From an uncultured Candidatus Saccharibacteria bacterium (lineage in GTDB: Bacteria; Patescibacteriota; Dojkabacteria; J137), in assembly GCA_965230975.1 (NCBI GenBank), contig OZ246402.1:1120859-1184858 (forward strand): DNA of 64,000 bases. The letters run 5' to 3'. The position numbers and the translations under genes are program-made. The notes below the pieces were generated by a model that saw only the letters and a list, made by a program, of their open reading frames with translations, searched no databases and was not told where the DNA came from. How positions within the stretch are numbered: the first letter of the stretch is position 1; every line of letters starts with the position of its first letter. Positions 29,850 to 39,452 of this stretch are shown here, in pieces.

Positions 29850-30482
29850 TTACTCTTCTGATTCTGTACTTCCTCCAAAAATTGTGGAGATTACAGGATT
29901 TTGAGAAACCTGAACCTTATAAAACTGTGTAATTTGAATCTTTTCACCAATTTTACTAATCATATCATTTAAAGCATCTTCAACTGTTCTTGATTCATCT
30001 ACAAAGAATGATTGTTTTAACAATACTGTCTCTTTAAAGAACTTATCTAGTTTTCCTTGAATAATACTCTCTTTAATATTTTCTGGTTTACCTTCTAAAC
30101 CTTGTTCTGCTGCTTCTTTTTCTGTTTTAAGAGTCTCTGCATCAACAGCTTCTACACTTACATACTTTGGGTTAACTGCAGCAATATGAATTGCTAAGTC
30201 TCTAGCAAATTTTTTCATATCTTCTCCGTTTGCAGCAAAGTCAGTTTCGCAAGCAACCTCAACAACAACTACTAATTTATTATTGTTGTGAATATATGTA
30301 CCTAATATTCCGTTGCTAGCAACTTTGTCTTTTCTTTTTTCTCCCTTTGCAATACCCTTTTCTCTTAAGTATTTTATTGCGGCCTCTACATCTCCATTTG
30401 TAGACTCTAAAGCCTCTCTTACTGAGCCTACTCCTGCACCTGTTCTTTCTCTTAATTCTTTTATTTGTTCTATACTTATCAT
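29850..30482 (-). CDS. tsf: Elongation factor Ts (short form)
   Basis: IKELRERTGAG, CETDF; start moved to ATG 30482. Confidence 0.95.
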   Translation of the reverse strand: MISIEQIKELRERTGAGVGSVREALESTNGDVEAAIKYLREKGIAKGEKRKDKVASNGILGTYIHNNNKLVVVVEVACETDFAANGEDMKKFARDLAIHIAAVNPKYVSVEAVDAETLKTEKEAAEQGLEGKPENIKESIIQGKLDKFFKETVLLKQSFFVDESRTVEDALNDMISKIGEKIQITQFYKVQVSQNPVISTIFGGSTESEE

Positions 30483-30521
30483 TGTTTTAAAATTAACAAT
30501 TAAATATTTAACTGCTAACAA

Positions 30522-31517
30522 TTAGTTGTTAGACTTAACCTTCTTTGCATCCGCTTCTTCTTTAACTCTTTCTAAAATCCCTTTGTTTTTAGTTGCAGAT
30601 TTTAGACTTTTTGTCTTCTCAATTGAATCTTCGATTTTTGAAGGCTCTTTATTATCTTCACTAGATTCTTCTAAATCTACTTTTTCAATCTCATCAACAA
30701 CCTCTTCTGTTTTAACAATCTTCACCTCTGCCTTTGCATAGTCTTTCAGATTATGTTGAATCCCCTTACCCCCATTACCCTCTAAAACAGCATCCGCTAA
30801 AGTTTTTAAGATTAGCTTAATTGAACCAATAGCATCATCGTTTGCAGGAATAACATAATCAACTGATTCAGGATCACAATTGCTATCAATAATACCTACT
30901 ACTGGAACTCTAATTTTTCTTGCTTCTTTTACAGCAGCCTTTTCAAAGTTAGAATCGATAACGATCACAGCAGTTGGTTTTTGTGTTAAAGATTTAATAC
31001 CTGAATAAAGTCTAGTTAACCTTTGCCACTCTTTTTTCATTCTAGATACTTCGTACTTTGTTCTATCTTGAACACCTTCTTCTAATTGTCTTTCAATTAA
31101 GTTTAATTTATCTAAACTTTTTTTAATTACCTGAAAGTTTGTTAAAATTCCGCCTGCCCATCTTTCATCTACATAAAAAGCACCTGCCCTAATAGCCTCT
31201 TCTTTGATTATTTCTGATGCTTGTCTTTTTGTACCAACAAACAAGATGTTACCGTTCGCCGCAGCTTCTTTCAAGAACTCAACAGCAGCTTTTAGCTTGT
31301 CTTCTGTTTGCTGAATATCAATTATATGGATATTGTTTTTTGTACCATATATGTATCGGGACATTTTTGGATTCCATCTTTTAGATTCGTGACCAAATTG
31401 AACGCCAGAAGCAAGTAGGTCTTTTACAGTAGGGATTGCGCTACTTTTCGCTTTTTTTTCAGAAGATTCTTTTACTTCAGCTTCTGAGCCAGAAGGTTCT
31501 TTTACGTCATTTGACAT
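30522..31517 (-). CDS. rpsB: 30S ribosomal protein S2 with charged terminal extensions
   Basis: GVQFGH...WNPKM, FVGTKRQA, RWAGGILTN, PANDD. Confidence 0.96.
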   Translation of the reverse strand: MSNDVKEPSGSEAEVKESSEKKAKSSAIPTVKDLLASGVQFGHESKRWNPKMSRYIYGTKNNIHIIDIQQTEDKLKAAVEFLKEAAANGNILFVGTKRQASEIIKEEAIRAGAFYVDERWAGGILTNFQVIKKSLDKLNLIERQLEEGVQDRTKYEVSRMKKEWQRLTRLYSGIKSLTQKPTAVIVIDSNFEKAAVKEARKIRVPVVGIIDSNCDPESVDYVIPANDDAIGSIKLILKTLADAVLEGNGGKGIQHNLKDYAKAEVKIVKTEEVVDEIEKVDLEESSEDNKEPSKIEDSIEKTKSLKSATKNKGILERVKEEADAKKVKSNN

Positions 31518-31769
31518 ATTTTATACCTTTACTTAAATAAAATACTTCCGTAAGTAGCCTGATTTTTATCAGGGAAGGTTTAACTTACGTGCTGATTTTT
31601 CAACCATTTAAAAGTTGAATGCTGAATTATATCAAACCCACGAGATAAATACCACCCTGCCTTGCCGGCAAAAGACAAGATGTCCACTACACAGACAGCC
31701 CTAATCGTAACAAACGGAGCAAAAGGTGTTCAAGTAGAAAAATTAGTTCAAAAGGATTAAACTAAACCA

Positions 31770-33479
31770 ATGAAGATATTTCTAACAACATTCACCTTAC
31801 TTGCGATTGCTTGGGCTATTATTGGATCGCCCTTTATTTTTGGAGATGGCTATGGGTATTATCATGCCGGCAAGGCTTTAGCAGAAAAAGGAAGCTTTAC
31901 TACCGAAGAAAAACCTGAGTATTATAACTATACTGGACATGGGGTAATAGAATATCAAGGGAAATTTATCACCCCCTACACCGTAGGTAATGCATTAATA
32001 TGGCTACCCTTGCTGGGATTATACTCAAATATAGAATCTGGAAGTACTACATCAGACTACTACTATGCCTTTAATGGACATTCTCTAGTTGATGGAATGG
32101 TAATCTCCCTAAGCGCAATTACATTGGCATCTTTAAGCGTTTTATTAATCTGCGAATCCTTACAGATACTAGGATTTAGCAAAAGAATTTCATATTTTTC
32201 TGTCGCAACAACATTTTTGGGATCATTTACACTACCTTATACTATTATTAATGCATCATACTCACATATTTACGAAGTGTTTACATTCTCCTTAATCATT
32301 TACCTATGCTTAAAACTAAGGAGCAATAAGTTTGAAAAAATAAAGTACAAGAATGGAGCAATCATACTAATTGGAAGTTTATTTGGATTATTATTTTTAA
32401 TAAGACCATTCGATATCTTGTTACTACTACCTATTGGTATATTTTTACTCAAGAAATTTAGAGCTAAAGCATTGTTGCTAATATTAGGAGGCATACCATT
32501 TGCTTTAATATTTTTCTCGTATAATCTTGCTAGTTACGGATCAATACTAACAACGGGCTACTCTCTCTCAGACGGCTTTGTTTTTATCTTTAACCTAGAT
32601 AGATTAATACAACTTTTATTTTCAGATATACGGGGATGGTACATTTACTCCCCATTAATATTCATAAGTACCGTTGGGCTTTTCATAATAAACAAGCAAA
32701 AAAAAGACCTAATATTACTCACCTTAGCACCTTTAGCTGCTATTTTATTTGGATATAGTTTTTGGCAAAACTGGTGGGCTGGAGATAGCGCGGGTCAAAG
32801 GTTCTTGATAGTACTACTACCTATTATAACGTTGGGCACAGCTTCTTTTATCAATCATTTTAAAAGAAGAAAAACACTCATAGCAATTGCAGTATCTTTG
32901 TTAAGCGTATACTCCTTACTGCTTTTTATATTGTATAGATTTACACCTACAAATATAGTTGGAGAAAATAGAGCTGATTATCAATATATTAATAGCTACG
33001 AAAGATTTGGAGTGAGCGACATTATTAAATATCATATAAAAAAGATCACGGGATCCAATTCACTTTATCAATATGTCAATTCTCTATCAGAAGGATTAAC
33101 CGGAGGTAGAAGTGTTTTAATGATTAGCTTAGGTTTAACTAAGCCTATTATAAATGTAGAAAACTACGATAATGACATTTCAATCTATATTATTCCAACT
33201 CCGACAAAACAAAATACAAACTCAAACATTCTAATGACTTATAAAACCGAAGAATCTATTACTTACTACTCTCTAAAATCAATAAATGCAAATCATCTCT
33301 TTGAAATTGAGATTTCTTGCAAATTAAATTGTTCTAGCAAAAATTACGATCTAACTAAGCTTGAAGAACCTATGGACACAAGCGATTATAATGTTAAGGA
33401 AATAAAATTAAAACAAGGGATGGTGTATTTATATATTCCAAATGATTTGAAATTAGCAAGTCCTATTAGAAAAATATAA
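31770..33479 (+). CDS. Multi-pass membrane protein, probable GT-C fold glycosyltransferase
   Basis: GDGYGYY in first loop, about 11 TM segments, LIRP, WWAGDSAGQRF. Confidence 0.65.
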   Translation: MKIFLTTFTLLAIAWAIIGSPFIFGDGYGYYHAGKALAEKGSFTTEEKPEYYNYTGHGVIEYQGKFITPYTVGNALIWLPLLGLYSNIESGSTTSDYYYAFNGHSLVDGMVISLSAITLASLSVLLICESLQILGFSKRISYFSVATTFLGSFTLPYTIINASYSHIYEVFTFSLIIYLCLKLRSNKFEKIKYKNGAIILIGSLFGLLFLIRPFDILLLLPIGIFLLKKFRAKALLLILGGIPFALIFFSYNLASYGSILTTGYSLSDGFVFIFNLDRLIQLLFSDIRGWYIYSPLIFISTVGLFIINKQKKDLILLTLAPLAAILFGYSFWQNWWAGDSAGQRFLIVLLPIITLGTASFINHFKRRKTLIAIAVSLLSVYSLLLFILYRFTPTNIVGENRADYQYINSYERFGVSDIIKYHIKKITGSNSLYQYVNSLSEGLTGGRSVLMISLGLTKPIINVENYDNDISIYIIPTPTKQNTNSNILMTYKTEESITYYSLKSINANHLFEIEISCKLNCSSKNYDLTKLEEPMDTSDYNVKEIKLKQGMVYLYIPNDLKLASPIRKI

Positions 33480-35726
33480 CTATGTTGTTTCTTCGGATAC
33501 AGATTCCTGACTCTCTTCAGAAGAAGACTGCTTTTTCTTTATTCTAATTATATCTTTTTTTGCAGGGTAATCTGGGTGGGCCCAGAATTCACCGAACTTA
33601 CCTTTTTTAATTAGATACGGTCTACCATCTTCTGTCTTTGGAACTTCACCATATTTCTGCTTTAATCCCTTAAGTGTCATTTCTAAAGGCTTTGCATCCT
33701 TAACCTTTGGGTAGTCAGGATGTGCCCAAAAAGACCCAAACCTACCTTTTTTTAAAACATAAGGATCACCCTGTTCTGTTTTTGGTGCAGGTTTGTATAA
33801 CGACTCATCTAAAACCTCGGCCTCAGATACGCCTTTGTTATCTTCTGTTTCAATAGCTAACATGCCTTTACACTTTGGGAAGTCAGTACAGCTTAAAAAT
33901 CTGCCGTATTTTCCTAATTTAATAACCATAGACTTTCCACACAATGGACATTTTTCTTCAGAAGTACCCAATACAGTAAACTCCTCTCTCCCGATTGACT
34001 TATCATTCTCTATAACCTTCTTTTCAAAAGGAAAGTAGAATTCCTTTAACATTTTTTTCCAGTCAAGCTTACCCACAGCTACATCGTCTAAGTCATTCTC
34101 CATCTTAGCTGTAAATCCATAATCCACTATATCTTTAAAATATTTTTCTAAAAGTTTTGTAACTACAGTGCCTGTATCTGTAGGGCTTAAGTATTTGTTT
34201 TCATTTAAAACATATTTACGAGCAACAATAGTAGAAATAATACTCGCATATGTTGAAGGTCTACCAATACCTAATTCTTCTAATTTTTTAATTATAGTTG
34301 CCTCCGAGTATCTTGCAGGTGGCTCTGTAAAGTGTTGAGAGGCTGTGATATCTTTAGGGTATAGCTGTTCACCCACCTCAAGTTTAGGAAGTATATTCTC
34401 TTTTTGAGATTCTTTATATACTTTTAAGTAACCATCAAAAGCAATGGTTTTCCCATTAGCTCTGAAAAGCATATTATCAATTTGAATATCAGCATTAATA
34501 AGTTCAAATAAGGCATCTGACATTTGTGATGCAATTGTTCTACTCCATATTAAATCATAAACCCTTAGTAGATCTCCTTCCAAGCCTAATTCTGCTCCTT
34601 TTTTTGTTAAATTAACAGGTCTAATTGCTTCGTGTGCTTCCTGTGCATTTTTATTTGAAGATGAATATAGTTTAACTTTTTCTGACAGATATTTTGGCCC
34701 AAACTGTGCTTTGATGTGGTTTCTTACAGACTCTATTGCTTGATTTGAAATATAAACAGAATCTGTTCGCATGTAAGTAATTAATCCGGCTTCATAAAGC
34801 TTCTGTGCAGATTGCATTGCTCTTTTGGCAGTGAAACCTAATTTATTTACAGCTGCTTGTTGAAAAGTACTTGTAATAAATGGGGGCTTAGGGCTTCTTT
34901 TTTGATTAGAAGAACTTATATCTAAAATAATCCACTTATTATTCTTTAGACTTTCTAATATTTTACTAGCATTTTCCTTATTCCCTATTTCTAAATTTTT
35001 ATTATCTATCTTTACAAGTGCAAATTGTATCAAGTTTTGGTCAGAAATATCTTCTGTCTTTTCTTCTTGTCCAGTAGTCTTTTCCTTGATTTTATAGCTA
35101 ACTTTGCTATCTTTATTTTTAGATAAGTTAGCTAATATTCTCCAATATTCGTCTGGTTTGAATGCATTTCTTTCACGTTCTCTTTCTACAATTAATCTTA
35201 ATGCTGCAGACTGCACTCTACCTGCAGATAAACCAAAAGCAATTTTTTTCCAAAGCAATGGTGATAATTTGTAACCAACCAATCTATCTAGTATTCTTCT
35301 TCCTTGTTGAGAATTAACTAAATTCATATCTATGTCCCTTGGATTTTTTAGAGCCTCTAATATTGCATCTTTAGAAATTTCGTGGAAAACAATTCTTTCT
35401 AAAGGTTTTTTAGATTTAAGCTTACCATTGTCATCTATCAACTTTAATTCCTTAGCAATATGCCAACCAATAGCTTCTCCCTCTCGATCCAAGTCAACTG
35501 CAAGTATTAGCTTATCAGCACCTTTATACGCTTTTTTAATATCTGATAAGGATGCCTTATTAGTAACCTCATACTCAGCTTCAAAGTTTTTTTCTACATT
35601 TACTCCTATTTTAGATTTAGGTAAATCTACAACATGACCTTTTGAAGCCTTTACTAGGTAATCTTTCCCTAAATATTTATTGATTGTTTTTGCCTTAGAG
35701 GGCGATTCTACAATTACTAAATTCAT
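33480..35726 (-). CDS. topA: DNA topoisomerase I
   Basis: VIVESPSKA, DLDREGE, SAGRVQ, ITYMRTD, GIGRPSTY. Confidence 0.97.
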   Translation of the reverse strand: MNLVIVESPSKAKTINKYLGKDYLVKASKGHVVDLPKSKIGVNVEKNFEAEYEVTNKASLSDIKKAYKGADKLILAVDLDREGEAIGWHIAKELKLIDDNGKLKSKKPLERIVFHEISKDAILEALKNPRDIDMNLVNSQQGRRILDRLVGYKLSPLLWKKIAFGLSAGRVQSAALRLIVERERERNAFKPDEYWRILANLSKNKDSKVSYKIKEKTTGQEEKTEDISDQNLIQFALVKIDNKNLEIGNKENASKILESLKNNKWIILDISSSNQKRSPKPPFITSTFQQAAVNKLGFTAKRAMQSAQKLYEAGLITYMRTDSVYISNQAIESVRNHIKAQFGPKYLSEKVKLYSSSNKNAQEAHEAIRPVNLTKKGAELGLEGDLLRVYDLIWSRTIASQMSDALFELINADIQIDNMLFRANGKTIAFDGYLKVYKESQKENILPKLEVGEQLYPKDITASQHFTEPPARYSEATIIKKLEELGIGRPSTYASIISTIVARKYVLNENKYLSPTDTGTVVTKLLEKYFKDIVDYGFTAKMENDLDDVAVGKLDWKKMLKEFYFPFEKKVIENDKSIGREEFTVLGTSEEKCPLCGKSMVIKLGKYGRFLSCTDFPKCKGMLAIETEDNKGVSEAEVLDESLYKPAPKTEQGDPYVLKKGRFGSFWAHPDYPKVKDAKPLEMTLKGLKQKYGEVPKTEDGRPYLIKKGKFGEFWAHPDYPAKKDIIRIKKKQSSSEESQESVSEETT

Positions 35727-35727
35727 A

Positions 35728-36762
35728 TTAAATTAATCTATAACTTCCAGAAATATTCCTGGTTATAATACCATTCATTTCTAAATTTAACATAATATCG
35801 CAAATAGATTCAAAAGATAATTCGTTTTTTAAATCATCATAAATTAAATCTAGACCACCGTGTTTTAAGATTGATTGTAAAATCAGGTATTCATTTTTAT
35901 TAGGTATAAACTCGCTATCACTTACAACTGGCTTATTCTCTTTTCTTAAAATATCTGATGGGCTTGTAACAAAATGCGCCATTTCATGCTTAATTAAATC
36001 ATTATTCCCCTCGTATGAATACCAATCTATATTTCCAGGGATTGAATAAAGATCTGTACTAATATCACTAGCTATTTTTGCAGTAAGCATAGACCCACCT
36101 TTTCTTGGTGATTCAATAATTAGGATAGATTTGCAAATTCCAGCCAATATTCTATTTCTCAAGACAAAAGACCCTTTATCTATACTGTCCGTAAAGGGAT
36201 ATTCACTTATAGCTAGCCCCTTATTCTTTAAGATATCATTATATATACCTTGATGCGTATAGGGATGAACTTTAATCAGAGACCCTGGAACTACTACAAT
36301 GCTTTTTGATTCTATTGAAGCTGAAACCTTATTTGCAATAATATCTACCCCAAATGCAAGCCCACTTGCAATAACAAAGTGCTTAACTAACTCTTTGGAA
36401 AAATACAGAGCATTCTTTATGCCTAAATCGGAAGGCTTTCTAGTACCAATAATTCCCATTACATCTTCTTTTAATAAAGATATGTTTCCAATATAAAATA
36501 AAATTATTGGGGGGTTTACCAGCTGTTTGAGTTTTTCAGGGTAAGTTTCTTCCCAATAGCAAATATACTTAATATTGTATTTATCTAGCTTTTCCAAGAA
36601 CTCTTGTAACTTTGACAATTCTGATTGGAAGTTATGTTTTAGATACAAAAAGAACTCATCTTCAGACTTACTTTCTTTGAACAGCTTATGGAATGTTTGA
36701 CACCCAAAACCTTCTTTTAAATATGCACAAAATGTAAATTTGACTTTATCTTGATAATTCAT
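35728..36762 (-). CDS. dprA: DNA-processing protein DprA
   Basis: YPEKL...PPIILF, IGTR, SGLAFGVD, RNRILAG; ATG at 36762. Confidence 0.93.
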   Translation of the reverse strand: MNYQDKVKFTFCAYLKEGFGCQTFHKLFKESKSEDEFFLYLKHNFQSELSKLQEFLEKLDKYNIKYICYWEETYPEKLKQLVNPPIILFYIGNISLLKEDVMGIIGTRKPSDLGIKNALYFSKELVKHFVIASGLAFGVDIIANKVSASIESKSIVVVPGSLIKVHPYTHQGIYNDILKNKGLAISEYPFTDSIDKGSFVLRNRILAGICKSILIIESPRKGGSMLTAKIASDISTDLYSIPGNIDWYSYEGNNDLIKHEMAHFVTSPSDILRKENKPVVSDSEFIPNKNEYLILQSILKHGGLDLIYDDLKNELSFESICDIMLNLEMNGIITRNISGSYRLI

Positions 36763-36876
36763 TCTCAAATTATTACAACCATTTCTTACAAAGTCCTTAC
36801 AATTTCAGAAAATAACCCACTATTTTAAGATTACACATTCAAGAAATTTATAAATTAGAGAGAGATTTAGTAAATA

Positions 36877-36949
36877 AGCCGAGAGCGGGGATCGAACCCG
36901 CGACCTCACCCTTACCATGGGTGTGCTCTACCAACTGAGCTACCGCGGC
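36877..36949 (-). tRNA. tRNA-Thr(GGT)
   Basis: Cloverleaf, anticodon arm CACCC-ATGGTAA-GGGTG. Confidence 0.93.
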
Positions 36950-37004
36950 AATTATTACTAAGAATTATAGCAAAAGAATTAAGTTTAAGGGGTTTAAAAA
37001 AGTA

Positions 37005-37088
37005 TCCGGAGAGAAGGATTCGAACCTCCGAAAGCCTAAGGCTGCCTGATTTACAGTCAGGTGCGATTGACCGCTCCGCCATCTCCGG
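37005..37088 (-). tRNA. tRNA-Tyr(GTA) with C1-G72
   Basis: Acceptor CCGGAGA/TCTCCGG-A, anticodon arm CCTGA-CTGTAAA-TCAGG, long variable arm. Confidence 0.95.
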
Positions 37089-37093
37089 ATATA

Positions 37094-37165
37094 AGCTGGA
37101 AGTGGGAGTTGAACCCACAACCTACGGTTTACAAAACCGTTGCTCTGCCATTGAGCTATTCCAGC
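37094..37165 (-). tRNA. tRNA-Thr(TGT)
   Basis: Cloverleaf, anticodon arm ACGGT-TTTGTAA-ACCGT. Confidence 0.95.
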
Positions 37166-37299
37166 GTTTTAATGAACAAAATAGACTCTGGGATTATATA
37201 GTTTATAACAGTTTAAGTCCAGATGTATCCGCAATATATTTGAAAATACAGCTCTAATTTGATATAAATCCTATCTAAATTTATTTTAAGCTTGTCATT

Positions 37300-38220
37300 A
37301 TGTCCAATCCTATAAGTCAGTGGATCAGAGAAACGGGAGATGCTAGCTTGGCTTACAAACAAAATCTACATTCTACAGAGTTTACACTTCAAACTATACA
37401 AATGTATGTAAGCAATGGATTCATTAGCTCACAAATCGCTAGTATACTTTGGAATTATTTCAGTGATAATAGTAAATCTTCAAGAATAGGAATAATACAA
37501 TTGTTACAAATTGCTACAAGTAAACATCCTCAAAAAAAAGAAATACTACTAGAGATTATTCAGAGCGAATTAAAATCAGAGAAAGACTCTATGCAAAGCA
37601 TATTAGAAAAATATAATTTTACTAATAATCACTATACTAGAAACCTAGAAGAAATCCCCCCTAGTAATGAATGGGAAGCATACATAAATAGCGCTTCTCC
37701 AGGACCGATACAACAGGTAAGGCTGAATTATTCTGAAATAGAACTAGCATACAAGAATACACCCGATGATAACTTAGATACAGAGAACTTCCACACCAGC
37801 ACTTATCAAATCCTTTTACTTGCTTTCCCCGAGCTGGCTGAGATGTATAAGAAAAGTCCTGAGAATTTTGCTTTTAGATACTTCTATGGATCTCAAGAAA
37901 GAGAAGTTAATTTTGGCAATTACGAGGAAAACTTACAAAAGCATGGTGTAGATTTAGATATCAAGACAGGCTGGAAAGGTATTTGGACAAGAACTTCTAG
38001 AATTTATGGTGGCAAACTTAAAGAGCCTTCGGAAGGTAGCACTTTATTTCTAATAGTATACGTAAATGTTCGCCAACTATTAAACGGACCTGGTTTTTAC
38101 GATGAGGGTGCACTCGATTTCCATAGGTTAGTTGCAGAGGACCAGACACTTAGAGATCTTTTATTAAATGGTTGTATTATTCAAATAAAAGAAGATAAGG
38201 AAGAAAATATTGAGGGATAA
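37300..38220 (+). CDS. Hypothetical protein
   Basis: 306-aa ORF, no recognised motif. Confidence 0.7.
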   Translation: MSNPISQWIRETGDASLAYKQNLHSTEFTLQTIQMYVSNGFISSQIASILWNYFSDNSKSSRIGIIQLLQIATSKHPQKKEILLEIIQSELKSEKDSMQSILEKYNFTNNHYTRNLEEIPPSNEWEAYINSASPGPIQQVRLNYSEIELAYKNTPDDNLDTENFHTSTYQILLLAFPELAEMYKKSPENFAFRYFYGSQEREVNFGNYEENLQKHGVDLDIKTGWKGIWTRTSRIYGGKLKEPSEGSTLFLIVYVNVRQLLNGPGFYDEGALDFHRLVAEDQTLRDLLLNGCIIQIKEDKEENIEG

Positions 38221-38287
38221 AAGGTAAATCTCATTGCTTTTTTTAGACTTATACATTAAAATCAACGAGCAATTTTAAGTAAATCAT

Positions 38288-38524
38288 ATGTCAAGAGTTT
38301 GTGAAATAACAGGCAAAAAAACAGCATTTGGTGGAAACCATAAGCACAGAAGAGGTTCATCCGGAGGAGGAGGAATGTGGGCTTTCAAAGCACCTAATAC
38401 CAAAAGAACCTGGAAACCAAATCTTAGAAAAGTAAAGCTTGAGGTAAACGGCCAAGTAAGAAGAGTAAAAATTTCCATGAAAGCTTACAAAAAGCTTAGA
38501 AAATCAGTGGAAGCTTCTGCATAA
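38288..38524 (+). CDS. rpmB: 50S ribosomal protein L28
   Basis: MSRVCEITGK, TKRTWKPNL; Gly-rich insertion. Confidence 0.95.
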   Translation: MSRVCEITGKKTAFGGNHKHRRGSSGGGGMWAFKAPNTKRTWKPNLRKVKLEVNGQVRRVKISMKAYKKLRKSVEASA

Positions 38525-38541
38525 TTAAAATTAAAAAATTT

Positions 38542-38573
38542 AAAAACTTCTCGATTTTTCGGGAAGTTTTTTT
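38542..38573 (+). terminator. Intrinsic terminator of rpmB
   Basis: AAAAACTTCTCGA-TTTT-TCGGGAAGTTTTTTT. Confidence 0.85.
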
Positions 38574-38612
38574 ATTTAAACTCTACTCTGTTATTCACTC
38601 TCCATCTGATTT

Positions 38613-38659
38613 ATAATTACGAAGTAATTAGCCCATAATTATGAAGTAATTAGCTCATA
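38613..38659. repeat. Two tandem 22-bp units, each self-palindromic
   Basis: ATAATTACGAAGTAATTAGCCC / ATAATTATGAAGTAATTAGCTC. Confidence 0.8.
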
Positions 38660-38738
38660 CCTGCACAGTAATAACTAGACAATATGTTCTAATTTACTGG
38701 CAAGATATTAGTAAAAAATTAAATTTTTAAATAACAAA

Positions 38739-39452
38739 ATGATTATTTACGGAAGAAATGTCTTAATAGAAGCGCTAAAAAGTGACTTTCTTTTTGAAGA
38801 GATATATTTCGAAACAAATTTAAAACAAGAGGGAAAGATAGACGAGATTGTAGCTTTAGCCAAAAGAAGAGGCATAAAAATAGAATTACTTGATAAGAGA
38901 AAACTATCAAAGCTTTCAAATTCAGAGGAACATCAAGGTGTAGCTGCGAAAATAGATTTTCACTTAACTTCTTTGAATGAATTATTCGAAGATCACAAAA
39001 ACTTAAATAAGTCCTACATCTATATTTCCGAAGCAACATTTGAGCATAATGTTGGTGCAATAATAAGAACCGCAGAATGCGCAGGCCTTGGCGGAGTAAT
39101 AATTCCTAATGACATTGAAATTACATCTACTGTAATTAAAATTTCAACCGGAGCAGCATTTCATATTCCAATTATTGGGCTTAATATATATCAAGCAGTA
39201 AAAGATTTTAAAGATAATGGATTTGAAATAATTGGGATCGAAAGAGATGGGCAAAACCTATTTAATTCTAATATGAAAAATCCTGCTTTATTAATTATTG
39301 GTGGTGAAGATAAAAGCTTATCTACCAATCTTAGAGAAAGATGCGATAAAATTATAGAAATACCTCAGGCAGGCAAAGTAAACTCTTTAAATATGTCCGT
39401 TGCAGCAGGTATAGTTATATTTCAACATATAAATCAATTAAAAAATGTTTAA
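38739..39452 (+). CDS. rlmB: 23S rRNA 2'-O-methyltransferase, TrmH/RlmB family
   Basis: IYGRN, HQGV, HNVGAIIRTA, GGEDK, SLNMSVAAG. Confidence 0.88.
   Translation: MIIYGRNVLIEALKSDFLFEEIYFETNLKQEGKIDEIVALAKRRGIKIELLDKRKLSKLSNSEEHQGVAAKIDFHLTSLNELFEDHKNLNKSYIYISEATFEHNVGAIIRTAECAGLGGVIIPNDIEITSTVIKISTGAAFHIPIIGLNIYQAVKDFKDNGFEIIGIERDGQNLFNSNMKNPALLIIGGEDKSLSTNLRERCDKIIEIPQAGKVNSLNMSVAAGIVIFQHINQLKNV

Noticed and set aside
28060-31517. pyrH, uppS and cdsA absent from rpsB-tsf-frr-rseP
   Set aside because: Expected in reduced CPR-type genomes; the genes may lie elsewhere.
36877-38220. Possible integrated element at the tRNA cluster
   Set aside because: No integrase and no duplicated tRNA 3' end seen; the orphan lies on the 5' side of the tRNAs.
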